Source: a virus
Virus record (IMG/VR): IMGVR_UViG_3300010354_011858
Span: 6,342 to 70,341 of that record
Direction: 5' to 3' (one strand)
DNA: 64,000 bases
Both the position numbers and the translations under genes were made by a program. The notes beneath the pieces were generated by a model, which saw nothing but the letters and a program-made list of their open reading frames with translations, was not told the origin of the DNA and did not search any database. Shown here in pieces: positions 37,834 to 49,600 of this stretch. Positions within the stretch are counted from its first letter, which is position 1; the number at the start of each line of letters is the position of its first letter.

Positions 37834-38139
37834 TTGGCTAATAAAGATATCCATGAGGGAAAGGCTATTGTCTTTGCTGATGGTAAGACGAGAGTTGTTA
37901 AGCCGTTAACAATTCGTCAACTCAGAAAGTTCATGAAGATTACAAACCAGCTTCAGGCTAAGTCTGAGGCTGACATGACTGATGATGATATTGATACGAT
38001 GGTTGAGGCAGCAAGTATTGCGCTTGCAAAGGTTGATCCCGAACTGTCGGAAGACCTAGATGCACTTGAAGACATTTTGGATTTGAAGTGCTTTGCTGAG
38101 CTCATGGCTGCAGCAATGGGTAATGACCCAAACGCCTAG
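37834..38139 (+). CDS. tail assembly chaperone (gpG-like)
   Basis: GGAGG then TTG 37834; between tail tube and TMP; ends in a slippery site. Confidence 0.8.
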   Translation: MANKDIHEGKAIVFADGKTRVVKPLTIRQLRKFMKITNQLQAKSEADMTDDDIDTMVEAASIALAKVDPELSEDLDALEDILDLKCFAELMAAAMGNDPNA

Positions 38140-38186
38140 AGGGGGGTTCTGACGAAGAAGGGATTTCTTGGTCAGACATCCCCCTT
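38127..38186 (+). promoter_or_regulatory. -1 programmed ribosomal frameshift site (C CCA AAC plus downstream hairpin)
   Basis: X XXY YYZ heptamer; -1 frame open to 38462; GGGGG-TTCTGAC..GTCAGA-CATCCCCC stem downstream. Confidence 0.8.
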
Positions 38187-38462
38187 TTAAAATATGAAGC
38201 GGAATTATTTGTTAGTTGTTCTGCTTGGAAAAGTATAGAAGAATTGGAGGAACAGTTAACCATGGAGGAACTGTTCCTCCTTTATAACGCATCTAAGCAT
38301 CAATTTACAATGACTTTGAAGGCCCAGGCTGCCGCCATGGGTGCAGACATCGACTGGGACGAAGATTGGTATGACCCAGAACCTCCAAAGAAACCTGAGG
38401 CTATAGGTGGAAGTGAAGTGAAATTCCTTCCGATAGGGCTTGGTTATGAGGCAGGTAATTAA
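38127..38462 (+). CDS. frameshift extension of tail chaperone (gpGT-like)
   Basis: -1 frame reads RLEGGSDEEGISWSDIPLLKYEAELF..W.SIEELEE.LTMEEL. Confidence 0.78.
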   Translation, partial: PKRLEGGSDEEGISWSDIPLLKYEAELFVSCSAWKSIEELEEQLTMEELFLLYNASKHQFTMTLKAQAAAMGADIDWDEDWYDPEPPKKPEAIGGSEVKFLPIGLGYEAGN

Positions 38463-38505
38463 TTGCATTTTTATTAAAAAAATGCGATAATTAACGTGGT
38501 GATCT

Positions 38506-41500
38506 ATGAACAATAATATTGATATTAATGTTATTGTAACTGGCGAAGAGCAACTAAAAAGCCTATCTGTAACGCTACGCCGAATGATCCTAGAGATCAA
38601 TAACAATGGCAAGGCAGTTGCCGCTCTAGATGCTAGACAGAGAGCCTTAAATGCAGCGCTGGGTGCAACAGGAAGATCATTCAATGATCACGCCAAAAAT
38701 CTTCGTCAAGTATCCGCAAATCAGGCAGCTTTTAGTCAAGAAATTAAAAAAACAACTCAAGAATTAAAAATGCTCAAAAGAGCGACTGCTAGTGGTGCTG
38801 GTGGAATAGGTCTTGCTAATTTAACATCAGATTTAGAAAAAACATCTAATGCATTAAAAAGAATAAAAGCTAGAGCATTTGCCTCTGATTTAAGATCAGT
38901 CGGTACGGAAATGAAGCGCCTTGGTAAGGACGCTCAATTCGTCGGTAGAAGTCTGATTATTGGTATAACTACTCCTATCATGGCATTCGGTCGCATAGGC
39001 GTACAAAACTTTTATGCTGTTGAAAAACAGGTCACAAGACTTAAGAAGTTACTTGCAGAAACTAACGTTGAACTTGGTAAATCTGGTCCTAAGTTAAAAG
39101 CGATAGAAAGTGCAACAAAGTCAATGAGTTATGAGTTTGGCATTGCTCACGAACTATTGATGGGGATAGCAGGGGATTTTGCAGAATTAGGCATTAACTC
39201 TGAAGAGGTTATTAGTGGTCTAACAAAAGTTGCTGCTCAATTCACAATTTTGGGCGATATGGATGCATCTGGTGCACAAGATCTAACGCAAACACTTTAC
39301 CTTGGTTCTTTAAGAGCATTTGAAATGACGGGCCGAATGAATGAATTCAAGACAGCTCTTGAAGCACAAACTGCTGCTCTAGCCAATGCAAGAGGTCAAT
39401 TAACAATGTTTAATGCTATTGAAAATGCAACAGCATTATCAATGCGTGAAATAGCAGAGACACTACCTGAAATTTCTGCTGCTGGTCAAACATTCGGTTT
39501 GAATTTTAATGAAATGGTTGCAATTCTTGCACCAATGAAAGCTGTGGGTATTGATGTAGGCGCTGCCGCAACTGGTATGAAAGTCTCCTTCCAGAAAGTT
39601 GTTAATCCAACAATTAAGATGCAAAAAGAGTTGGCACGACTTTCTGAAGAGGCTGAAAAATTTGGCAATGCTGGTTTAGCAGAGGCCTATCTCGGCATAC
39701 AAAATGTTGGCATGGAGTCCATTCAGTCACTTATCACAATCACAGATGAACTTGGTAAGCGTGCAACTGATGAGGAACTTTTAAGTTTTTATTCTAAACT
39801 TTTTGATGATAGACAGGCACCAAGAATGTTGGTTGCAATGCAAGATCTCGCAGCATTTCAAAATAGAATGTTTTTGGAAATGGGTGTAAATTCTAAAGTT
39901 GCAGAAAGTAGATTTACTTCAGTAATTAATGAAAGCCTGAAAGGTACTGGTTTAATGGTCAAGAATATTCAAGACCTATCGGCAATAACCGCCATTGCCA
40001 ATGCCACTCTCAAAAAAGGTGCTGATTCTGTTTTTATTGAAGCCCTTCAGAGAGAAGTTACTGCAGCAGAAATTGAGGCTGCTCAAAAAGCCAGAAAAGA
40101 TATGGTTGACTTAATTAGAGCAGAGGGGCCAGGATTAATTGAAGGTATAACATCAGAAGGTGGAAAAGTATTAGCAATAAATTTTGCTGGTGTTGCTGGT
40201 GCGATGGAGCAGGCAAACAATGAATTAGCAGTGGCTAAGGCATCTACTACAATGTCCATAGATCGCATTAAAGTCGCATTCAAAAACCTCTCCGCAGATT
40301 TTATAAGAACATTAGCCCCCACCATCGAATCCGTTTCTCAGAAATTTTTGGCGTTTGTACAAAGCATAGAAAGAATGTCGCCGGAAATGAAGAAATTAAT
40401 AGTCGGTGTTGCAGCAGCAGTTGCTGCAATAGGTCCACTCGTATTTATATTTGGTCAAGTTCGTTTGGCTGGTGGTGTTCTATTAGAATCAATTATGAAA
40501 TTGGTTCCTGGACTTAAATCACTTTCACCAACAGCAGTCGCTAGTTCCACAGGTCTTCTTCGTTTAAAGAACGGGTTAACTGTAACTGGAGATACTATTG
40601 TTAATACTAATAGTAGATTTGCTACATTTATTGCAACTATAGCAAGTGGTAATGGCCCAATTGCAAAAATGGCAAATCAATTCGGTCAGCTTACTGGTAT
40701 TTTAGATAAAACAAGAACTGCTAGCGATGATGTTATGAGAAAGATTGGGCAAGTGAGTAATACTGGCGGAACCTTGCTCAAGACAACTGCTGCATCGGCA
40801 ACACCAACGTCTTTCCAAGGGCAATCAACATCTCAAATTTTAGCACAAAAAACTGCTAAAAATATGAGAGCAATGGGAATAACTGTTGCAGAAAAACAAC
40901 TTGCTCAAGGAGTAACATTTGATCCAACTGCTGGTAGATTTAGAACGCAGTCTGGTCAGTTTGCATCAAAAGCACAAGTTGATGCAGTTACAAGAATCCA
41001 TCAAGCTCGCATGGCTGCCGAGCAACAGTATCGATCAGAACTGGCAAAAACAGCCAAGCAAAGACTCAAGGATCCGTTCTACTCAGAAAAAGGAGTCACA
41101 AGAGTTACACCACAGCGTGGTGAAAATCAGAGGCAAAAAGAATTATTTGATACTTTTTCATATAAGGATAGGCAAATATCAAGAAGAAGTGCTGACCGAA
41201 TTGCCTATGGTGGTGTGGGTGGTGCTTTTGAAAAAGCCAAGATATCAACAGTAGGTGCAGTTAAAGATGTTGGTGCTAAGGCCAAAGGGTTTGCAGCAGG
41301 CCCAATTAAGAATTATAAGAGTTCCGTCGATAGCGCTAGAAATGCAGTAGCACAATTAAGCGCTAAAAATGCTATGTTTGGCAGATCTGCCCCTGGGATG
41401 TTTGGTAAGGCATCAACGGCAGCTCTCGCTTTTACTAAGTCAATTCTTAGCGGTAGTAAAGCTTTCCAATTACTTCGAATGACTATGATGGCATCTGGAA

Positions 41501-44500
41501 TAGGCATTCTTGTTCTTGGCATAGCAGCAGCGGTTGCTCTTGTTGTGAAGAACTTCGACAAGATTAGAACAGCCGCTGCTCCAGGCATTGAGATGCTTAA
41601 GTCTGCATTTGGAACCCTTATTGAAATTGGTAAAGCATTACTCGCTCCATTTCTAGATTTCTTTGCAGCAATTGGTGGTGCAGATAAAGGAGCCAGTAAA
41701 GCAAATGATATTGCTACTGCATTTAATAAAATAGCATTAGTTGTTAAAAAAGTAGCAGAAGTTGTTCAGTCATTTGTTAATAAATATGTTGTACCTCTGC
41801 TTTATAAAGTTTTAGGGGCAGTATTCGGTGTGATTAAGGGGATAATGCAATTTATTAAAGGCATTATTAAATTAAAAGATAACTGGAAGCAAGGTCTTAA
41901 AATGATGTGGGATGGTCTCAAAAAGATTGGTGGGGCTATTCTTGGTTTCTTTGTTGGAACAGTCCTTAGAGGAATAGTTATTGGTGTATTTGAAGTTGTT
42001 AAATTAATACTTAAAGCGTTTGTCGCTGCTGCTAAGGGTGTTGTAAATATATGGAGAGAAGCTGCAAAACTAAATATTGAGATATTATTTGGTATAGCAC
42101 AGGGTGGAGTTGATGTTGTTGACTTTATTTTGTCTGCCTTCGCACTACTTCCTAGAGGAATAGGTAACGCTGTTGAGGCAGGCGCAAATATTTTTGCTGA
42201 CTTTATAGATGGAATTGTTGATGCTGTTCGTGGCACACCATTGATCGGCTGGCTTGCTGATCAAGCAGGTCTTGTTGGTGCCGCTCGTAGCGGTGCTAAC
42301 GCAATTAGAAATATTGGAAAATCAATTGGCGATGCTGGTCGTGGTGTTGCAGATTTTGTTTCTGGATTAATTGACCCACTAAGGGGAACGCTCGATGGTT
42401 TAAAGGCCGATGCAATTAGTATTGTCAATTCCGTTGCTGATGGCATCAATGGATTCCTTGATTCTATACCGGAGATGGCTGATGATCTTGGTGATTGGGT
42501 CGCTGGTGTTCTTGGAGAATTTGGTCAAGGAGAGCAAATTGGTCGTGGTGCTGGACAAGAACTAGTCGATAATACCAAAAAAGAAGTTGAAGATAATCTT
42601 GGTGATGAATTAACAGATCCATTCATTGATGCTGGAAGTTCTGCTGGTGAAGCCGGTGGTGAGGCTGCTGGCGAAAGTATGCTAGCAAAGATTGCTGAAA
42701 TAGTTAAGGAACTACAGCAGAAATTTGTTGATCTTGTTCTTGACTCTGTGAAGGGCGCTCTTGATGAGGCAACAGAGCAATTGCAGGAGGCTCTTGAGAA
42801 GCAGAAAGAGCAGGCTCTTAAAGTTTATGATACACAATTAAAGACACTTGAAGCATTAGAGAAAGCAGAAGAGTCTTTGACTAAAGAGAAAGAATATCAG
42901 GCTAATCGTCGTAGAATTATTGATGAAAGAGAACTTCAGCGTGCCAATTATCAGAGAAATCGTGCCCTGGCTATTTATGAAGGAAGAATCGATGATGCAA
43001 GAGTTCTTGGCTTAGAGGATCAAAAAAATCAAACAGATTTTCAAGAAAATCTTGCAAAAACAGATGAAGAGCGAAGAAGAGATCTTGTAAAAGAAAATCT
43101 TGATTATCTTAAGGATGCAATAAAACAGTCTCAGGAAGAGACTGAAAAAATGCTTGACGAGCAAATTAAAGCATTCCAGAATGCTGCTAAAGAGATCACC
43201 AAGTTCCCGCCTCTAACCATTGAAGAATATACATCTCAACTCGGTCAACTGAATGACGCTGCTCAAAAGATCGCTGGAGAGAATGGCGATATTTTGAAGA
43301 CAATGATGACAAAGATGAAAGACACTCTCAAGATGCCAAATGAGAATGTCGGGGTCTTTGCAACAGGTCTTGATGAACTTGTAAGGGTTGCTCAGCAAAA
43401 ATATGGATTAACTGCTACATCGGCTGATAATACTATTGTTGGTGCAACTATTGGAATGTTGGCAGGTATTAATGGTCAAATAGTTGGGAATAGAGGAGTT
43501 ATCGTAGGAGCATTCCAGGGAATCGTTGATGATGTATTTAATGTATCCACTGGGTTTGCAAATATCAAAGATCAAGTTATTAGCCCTGCTCTTGATGAGA
43601 TTGCAAAAATATTTAAAGAAAAGGATCCATTCAAAGTATTTGAAAAAGCATTCCTTGATGCCAATGAAACCATTCTCAGAGAGATGCAGGCAACCGTTGG
43701 ACATATTGCAAGCAAAGTCGGTGATATTGCCAAGCATATTGATGATGCCCTGATCAAGTTGGCAGTTGGACAGGCAAAAGCAGAAGGCGCTCTTGGTGGC
43801 ACTCCTGGTACCCCCAGTACTCCTGGTACGCCTGGTACACCTGGAACCCCTGGAACCCCTGGCACTCCGGGAACCCCTCTGCCATCAAGAACTGCTCTTA
43901 TACTTCAAGCAGTTAATCAAGCATTTGCTTCTGGAATAGGCAATATGCTTAAGATTGAAGAAAAGAATTATCTTAAGCAATTTACAATAAATTCTTTAAC
44001 ACGATCATTCACAGAGCCAGGGTTTGGCATGGCTCATGCAAATACTTTAATGAGAAAAGCAAATGCTGGCGATATTTTCTCAAAAATTTCCTTACAACTT
44101 TGGAATTTTGCATCCAAAAAACTCAATCTTCCAGTCGCCAATACTGGCTCTATTGCTGGCGCTGTTCTTGGTCCCGGAGTAACTCCCGCAATGGCTCAGG
44201 CATTAGCCAATCTTGCTCCTGGAACAGACCTCACGGCTTCACGAGGACAACACCAAATGACATCTAGTAATTACTTTGGTGGGCTTGTTAGAAGGGGCTT
44301 TGGTGGCGTAGTCCCCGGATTTACATCTCAAGGTGTTAATGCTCTTCTCCATGGTGGAGAATACGTTGTTAATGCAAAAGCAGTAAAAAATATTGGGTAT
44401 GCAACGTTAGAAGCATTAAATAATATGAAGTATGCAACTCCAGGGAAAATGTCTGCACCAGCAAGCACTATTGTCAATGAAACACAAAATGTTAATATTT

Positions 44501-44646
44501 ATGTGGATACTTTTATCGGGGAAGAACAGTGGTTTGAATCAATGATGAAAGACTATAACCTTAAAGTTGTCCCTCGAAATCAAAAAACTGCTGGGGTTCA
44601 ATCAAGGACGGTATCTTCCTATAATGGATTAAATAGAGGAATGTAA
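38506..44646 (+). CDS. tape measure protein
   Basis: 2046 aa, Ala/Gly-rich helical, follows chaperones, C-terminal GG.V...LHGGEYVV. Confidence 0.93.
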   Translation: MNNNIDINVIVTGEEQLKSLSVTLRRMILEINNNGKAVAALDARQRALNAALGATGRSFNDHAKNLRQVSANQAAFSQEIKKTTQELKMLKRATASGAGGIGLANLTSDLEKTSNALKRIKARAFASDLRSVGTEMKRLGKDAQFVGRSLIIGITTPIMAFGRIGVQNFYAVEKQVTRLKKLLAETNVELGKSGPKLKAIESATKSMSYEFGIAHELLMGIAGDFAELGINSEEVISGLTKVAAQFTILGDMDASGAQDLTQTLYLGSLRAFEMTGRMNEFKTALEAQTAALANARGQLTMFNAIENATALSMREIAETLPEISAAGQTFGLNFNEMVAILAPMKAVGIDVGAAATGMKVSFQKVVNPTIKMQKELARLSEEAEKFGNAGLAEAYLGIQNVGMESIQSLITITDELGKRATDEELLSFYSKLFDDRQAPRMLVAMQDLAAFQNRMFLEMGVNSKVAESRFTSVINESLKGTGLMVKNIQDLSAITAIANATLKKGADSVFIEALQREVTAAEIEAAQKARKDMVDLIRAEGPGLIEGITSEGGKVLAINFAGVAGAMEQANNELAVAKASTTMSIDRIKVAFKNLSADFIRTLAPTIESVSQKFLAFVQSIERMSPEMKKLIVGVAAAVAAIGPLVFIFGQVRLAGGVLLESIMKLVPGLKSLSPTAVASSTGLLRLKNGLTVTGDTIVNTNSRFATFIATIASGNGPIAKMANQFGQLTGILDKTRTASDDVMRKIGQVSNTGGTLLKTTAASATPTSFQGQSTSQILAQKTAKNMRAMGITVAEKQLAQGVTFDPTAGRFRTQSGQFASKAQVDAVTRIHQARMAAEQQYRSELAKTAKQRLKDPFYSEKGVTRVTPQRGENQRQKELFDTFSYKDRQISRRSADRIAYGGVGGAFEKAKISTVGAVKDVGAKAKGFAAGPIKNYKSSVDSARNAVAQLSAKNAMFGRSAPGMFGKASTAALAFTKSILSGSKAFQLLRMTMMASGIGILVLGIAAAVALVVKNFDKIRTAAAPGIEMLKSAFGTLIEIGKALLAPFLDFFAAIGGADKGASKANDIATAFNKIALVVKKVAEVVQSFVNKYVVPLLYKVLGAVFGVIKGIMQFIKGIIKLKDNWKQGLKMMWDGLKKIGGAILGFFVGTVLRGIVIGVFEVVKLILKAFVAAAKGVVNIWREAAKLNIEILFGIAQGGVDVVDFILSAFALLPRGIGNAVEAGANIFADFIDGIVDAVRGTPLIGWLADQAGLVGAARSGANAIRNIGKSIGDAGRGVADFVSGLIDPLRGTLDGLKADAISIVNSVADGINGFLDSIPEMADDLGDWVAGVLGEFGQGEQIGRGAGQELVDNTKKEVEDNLGDELTDPFIDAGSSAGEAGGEAAGESMLAKIAEIVKELQQKFVDLVLDSVKGALDEATEQLQEALEKQKEQALKVYDTQLKTLEALEKAEESLTKEKEYQANRRRIIDERELQRANYQRNRALAIYEGRIDDARVLGLEDQKNQTDFQENLAKTDEERRRDLVKENLDYLKDAIKQSQEETEKMLDEQIKAFQNAAKEITKFPPLTIEEYTSQLGQLNDAAQKIAGENGDILKTMMTKMKDTLKMPNENVGVFATGLDELVRVAQQKYGLTATSADNTIVGATIGMLAGINGQIVGNRGVIVGAFQGIVDDVFNVSTGFANIKDQVISPALDEIAKIFKEKDPFKVFEKAFLDANETILREMQATVGHIASKVGDIAKHIDDALIKLAVGQAKAEGALGGTPGTPSTPGTPGTPGTPGTPGTPGTPLPSRTALILQAVNQAFASGIGNMLKIEEKNYLKQFTINSLTRSFTEPGFGMAHANTLMRKANAGDIFSKISLQLWNFASKKLNLPVANTGSIAGAVLGPGVTPAMAQALANLAPGTDLTASRGQHQMTSSNYFGGLVRRGFGGVVPGFTSQGVNALLHGGEYVVNAKAVKNIGYATLEALNNMKYATPGKMSAPASTIVNETQNVNIYVDTFIGEEQWFESMMKDYNLKVVPRNQKTAGVQSRTVSSYNGLNRGM
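43798..43878 (+). repeat. 9 x 9-nt coding repeat, (G/S)TP
   Basis: GTPGTPSTPGTPGTPGTPGTPGTPGTP. Confidence 0.9.
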
Positions 44647-45065
44647 TGAGCGTCATACAAAATCAACAAACAGGATTGTTGGCGCTACTATCGATCAACT
44701 CCGCAGAGATCACCGAGGGTGCAAGAACTTATAGTAATTCATCATTTCAAGTGGTCAGCGATGTAGAAACAGTATCTGGAAGAATAAAAAGATTCTATAA
44801 AAAAAGTAAGAATGTCATGTCTATATCCTTTTCATATATAGCATCAAATAGCGATAAAACTGTGGATGGCAAGGAGGGCAGGGATTATATATATAATTTA
44901 GCTATGAATTCTCCTTATGTGTCGGTCTCATACAAAGATCAACCGGATCAGCCAATAAAAAGTTTTTATGGATATATATCAAGTTATACTGAATCAATAA
45001 AAAGAAGAGACTTGCAAAATCAATGCATATATTATGAACTTTCTTTTTCAATAGAGGAGAAGTAA
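44646..45065 (+). CDS. distal tail (Dit-like) protein
   Basis: directly after TMP; ends ELSFSIEEK. Confidence 0.65.
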   Translation: MSVIQNQQTGLLALLSINSAEITEGARTYSNSSFQVVSDVETVSGRIKRFYKKSKNVMSISFSYIASNSDKTVDGKEGRDYIYNLAMNSPYVSVSYKDQPDQPIKSFYGYISSYTESIKRRDLQNQCIYYELSFSIEEK

Positions 45066-45066
45066 T

Positions 45067-46680
45067 ATGGCAGAAGCATGGAATGATTCTTACTATTCAG
45101 TAAGTTTTAATGCTAATGGGTATAAGTTCTACGGTTTAGACGTAGAGCCATCTATTGCTCAAGCCGCCATATTCATTACATCCAATCTAACAGTAACAGC
45201 GATTGAAATTCTCCATGCTTCGGCATCCGTATCAGGTAGTGTTGTTGCTTTCGGTACAGCAAAAGAAATACAATATGCTCGGATATCTATTGATGGCCTG
45301 CTGTCTACTGCTATATTAACACTTGAAGAGCAAAGGGCTAAAGCATCTATCTCAATAGAGTCAAGCCTCATTGCTACAACTTACAAAGATGCTTATGCTG
45401 CATCATCGCTGTCTGGTGATCTTAACGTCACTCCGTCACCGATAGAGATTCAGTATGCTAGTTCATCAATGTCTGCAACAGCAGATTGCACCCCGACTGC
45501 AATTGAAATTTTGTACGCAGACCCAGAAGATCAAAGTATCGAATCTAATTTCACAGCAAATGCAATTAGAGCAAGATTGGTCTCTGTTTCGATATCAATC
45601 GAATCTAGTGTAAATGTTGGAACTTATAAGTTTGCTAGAGCATTAATTAATAATCTTGGTGATGCAGAATTAACTGTTACAACCTATAAGGATGCCTATG
45701 CAAACTTCTCTGGTAGCGCTGATGTAACAACGACACCATCCGCTATTGAAATTCTCTATGCAGATATTGATCCGATGGAGTCCAATTCAAGTGTGCTTGT
45801 TAGCGCCATAGAAATTCTTTTGGCCGGCTCCGAGATCAGTATTGACTCCAATACGACTATCACAGCGTATGAAATACTCTTTGCTAAGTCTGATTTGGCA
45901 ATTGAGGGATATGTTTTAACACTTGGCAAAGAGATTCTATATCCGACAGTATCTATTTCTGGAACACTAGATCTTAACGCAACAGCTTATAAGATTGCTA
46001 AAGCTAATAGCGCTCCGTCTTCTGATGTAAGTGTGTCATCCGCTTCTTATAAGATTGCCTATGCAAAGCAAGAAACAGCAATCACATCAGAAGTGATTGC
46101 AGAAGCAATGGAGATTTTGTTTGCAAAGATTGTCCTAGATGGTACAGCAATAAATGTCACCGTAGGAAAAGAAATCCTGTTGGCAAAGATCACCGTCAGT
46201 GCAGAAACAGCATTTCTTGTTCTATCACCGACAAGATTTAGTAGCAATATAACTGAAGATACACAAAATATTAGGACTTTGTTATTAATAAATAATAAAC
46301 CAATAACAGAGCATAATAGAACGTTCTCGTCAGGTGTTATTCAACCAATGTATGAAAATATAAACTGGAAAACAACAAGATCTAGGTATTATAAGTCAGC
46401 ATCTGGTAGAAGAACATTCTCACTATCCTGGAGTATGGTGCCAAATTCTAGAGAAAACACTGTAGACTTAAAGTTTGGTAGAGATTTAATAAGCGAGATA
46501 GGACATGACCCGGATGTTCATAGCGTAAAAATATTGAATATTGACTCGGATGGCACAACTCCACACTCAGAAGAAGAGTATAATGTAATAGTTAAAAACT
46601 ATAGTGAAACATTAAGAAGAAGAGATCTTGTTGGTAGTGAATATTGGTGGGACTGTAGTTTAGAATTGGAAGAGGTCTGA
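45067..46680 (+). CDS. minor tail protein: ~21-aa repeats plus Dit-like C-terminal domain
   Basis: repeated S.S..S...TA(IEILYA/YKDAYA); C-terminus resembles 44646-45065. Confidence 0.7.
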   Translation: MAEAWNDSYYSVSFNANGYKFYGLDVEPSIAQAAIFITSNLTVTAIEILHASASVSGSVVAFGTAKEIQYARISIDGLLSTAILTLEEQRAKASISIESSLIATTYKDAYAASSLSGDLNVTPSPIEIQYASSSMSATADCTPTAIEILYADPEDQSIESNFTANAIRARLVSVSISIESSVNVGTYKFARALINNLGDAELTVTTYKDAYANFSGSADVTTTPSAIEILYADIDPMESNSSVLVSAIEILLAGSEISIDSNTTITAYEILFAKSDLAIEGYVLTLGKEILYPTVSISGTLDLNATAYKIAKANSAPSSDVSVSSASYKIAYAKQETAITSEVIAEAMEILFAKIVLDGTAINVTVGKEILLAKITVSAETAFLVLSPTRFSSNITEDTQNIRTLLLINNKPITEHNRTFSSGVIQPMYENINWKTTRSRYYKSASGRRTFSLSWSMVPNSRENTVDLKFGRDLISEIGHDPDVHSVKILNIDSDGTTPHSEEEYNVIVKNYSETLRRRDLVGSEYWWDCSLELEEV

Positions 46681-46681
46681 T

Positions 46682-49600
46682 ATGTTAGTAAATGATATTT
46701 ACGGCAAACAATTAAGTAATGTATTCAATTCTAAAATAGTATCTGCATCACAAAGAATAAAGCCAAAAGTTTTAATAGACTGGCTAGATAGTAGACATAT
46801 TACAGGATTAACAGTCACAACAAATAGTGCACACGCAAACTCTTCTATTGGTAATATTGGATATTACTTTGCACCTCAACAGGCTGTTAATGGAATTGAA
46901 AGGCAGTCTTATACATGGGGAGTTGCGGGGGCATTAGACAAGAATGGCAAGGTTATAACACCAAATGGTCAATGGCATGCAATGCCTAAAAATTTATCTA
47001 ATAATTATGAATTTGGGTGGTGGTCTGGAACGAAGTCAACATCCAATACTCATAATACATACAGCGGATATCAGTTTACTGTAAGCCCTACGCTTACTAT
47101 GCAATTTGATGATAGAAAGTGTAATCTTATTAGAGTTGTTACATCAGAATTTTATGGTCAAATAGATACATACACTATTGTTGTAAGAACTAACGATCCT
47201 GGCGCTGCTGATCCTATCTTTACAGAAACTTCAAGAATAGAAGATGACACATATTTTTGCGAGCATTATTTACCGCCCTCTGTCGGGCATCAAACCATAG
47301 ATAGAATTGAAATAACAGTTCATACAACAAAGAATCCCCAAGACTATGCACGCATTCAAGAAGTTAATGTTGTATATCAAACAGATATATCGGATTATGT
47401 AATTTCATACGATATGACAAAAACTAGAGATCTACATGACTCCAGCCTGCCTATTGCTGGGTCATCTTCCGGCAGTGCATCCATTACGCTTGATAATACA
47501 GATAAGGATTTTAATTTGCTTGGAAGCAGCTCTCCGTATGGTCAGTATATGAAAAAGGATTTAAAAGTTAGAATAACATCAGGATGGCAGATATCAAAAG
47601 ATGACAATGAGTATATAGATAAAACTCTAAGGACACCCATAAATTCATCCGCATCGTCGCTTTCAATATCTAATACAGATGACCTACCAGCGTCTAATAA
47701 TCAATTTATTTTAACTATAGATCCAGACACATCATCTAAAGAAATTATTCTATGCTCCTCAATTTCAGGAACATATGATGTAAATGTTGAACAGAGAGGA
47801 TTTGCCAATACAATCGCAAGATCTCATAATACCGGTGCGACGGTTAGATATGAAACATTTGAATATCCGTCATTTGTTGAAATGTATGTTGATGAATGGT
47901 CGTCCACTACGGAGGGTATGACAACAACTGTTACGCTAAGTGATTGGTCAAAGTATATGTCAGAAAAAGTTATTACTGGTGGATTCTTTTTAGAGAAGTC
48001 AACGGTTTCCGATGCTTGTGAAAGTTTATTAATGATGTCAAACTTCCCTAAGGCTGATATAGATAATCTTAATAAATATAATTTGAAAGCAAAAAAAAGC
48101 GGTGCTATCCTGCATTTTGATTTTAATGAATCAACTGTTGACAGATCAGGAAACCAGATAAGCGTTCAGGATGGTCTAAGGGCGAGATTTTTTGGTATGC
48201 CAGCATCTGCTTTAAATAAAGTTACTGATATTAAAGCAGATGCCTTAGACAGGGAGTTGTCAGAACTTGAAAAAGCCCTGGGCGAACTGAGCTTTGTGTC
48301 ACCAGATTATGTGATTAATACTGCAAATATATCCACAAACTCTCTTGCTCTTGAAATTGGTGATGATTCACCATATTCTTTTACTGGTAAGAATGGAACT
48401 ACATATAGTGAATATTTTAATGCTGTCTTTGATGGATTTTATATCCCAAATGAAGATGGCGAGCAGTACATTGTTGTAGAAATTGCAAATGGCGGATGCC
48501 GTGTCTATCTAGATGATGTTCTCATTATTAATGAATGGAGGATACACCCAGTATCAACTGGTGCTTACTTTACAGCAGAATCAGTCCCTGTAATACTGGA
48601 TGCAGGTCGTCCATATAAACTTAGAATAGAAGCATTCCATAAGTCAGGTGAGTTTGCCATTAGACTGGGGTATGCTGTCGGCCTATCACCTGCTGATTAT
48701 GTTACTCCTGATATGGTTAAAACCATTGCTGTCTTAGACAAAATTGGATCGATGGATTCATCATATCAAACTGGCGTATTAAATAGAAATCATCAAAATA
48801 ACTTTGCGCTGTATCTCGGTGGTGGAAATATTGGTCTATCTGGTGGAATAGTATCGGATATTGAAAATAAATCATGTGAATTAGGTGGAACAAAATATAT
48901 TAGATTACCATATCATTCTTCGTGGGATATGAGTGATGCAAACAGTGTTAATTATACTGGGTCATGGACGATTGAGTTTATTGCTAAATTACCATCTGTT
49001 TATTCTAATAATGGTGAGTACTTGAGTACATGGATCGATTCAGGTGCAAGCTCTTCTGGCTTCGAGTTTTTCAGTAATTCGTCAAGTCATGGAGTAAAGA
49101 TAGTAACAACTTCTGGTATAGAAACACTATCTTCTAATACAAGTATATCAACATCCAATTGGACACATTTTATAGCATCATTTGATGGATCATATTTAAA
49201 ATATTATGTTAATGGTGTTCTTCTTGATACTTCTAATTCGATAGCATCTATCGATTCATGGGATGGTCTTGATCTTACATTTGGTGGGCGAGGTGCTTCC
49301 TATAACACATCAACCGGCTCTGAGGTGCCACCTGCTGTCATTAGAAATATTTATTTTGATGAATTTATTATTTATAATACATGTTTGACATCAAAACAGG
49401 CTGCCGACAGATATACAGAAATGAAGATGGAGGGGCTTAGTGTTTATCCATTTTTATATGGAGGCGAAGAATCAATTCGTCAAGTAATTGATGAAATAAC
49501 ACTTGCTGATCTTGGAAGATTCTATATAGATGAAGAAAATATTGCTAAATATGAGCATTACAATAGATTCTTTGAATCAACCATTGATCAGCATGCAAAT

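Noticed and set aside
39486-43865. Several antisense ORFs within the tape measure gene
   Set aside because: Shadow ORFs with no expression signals
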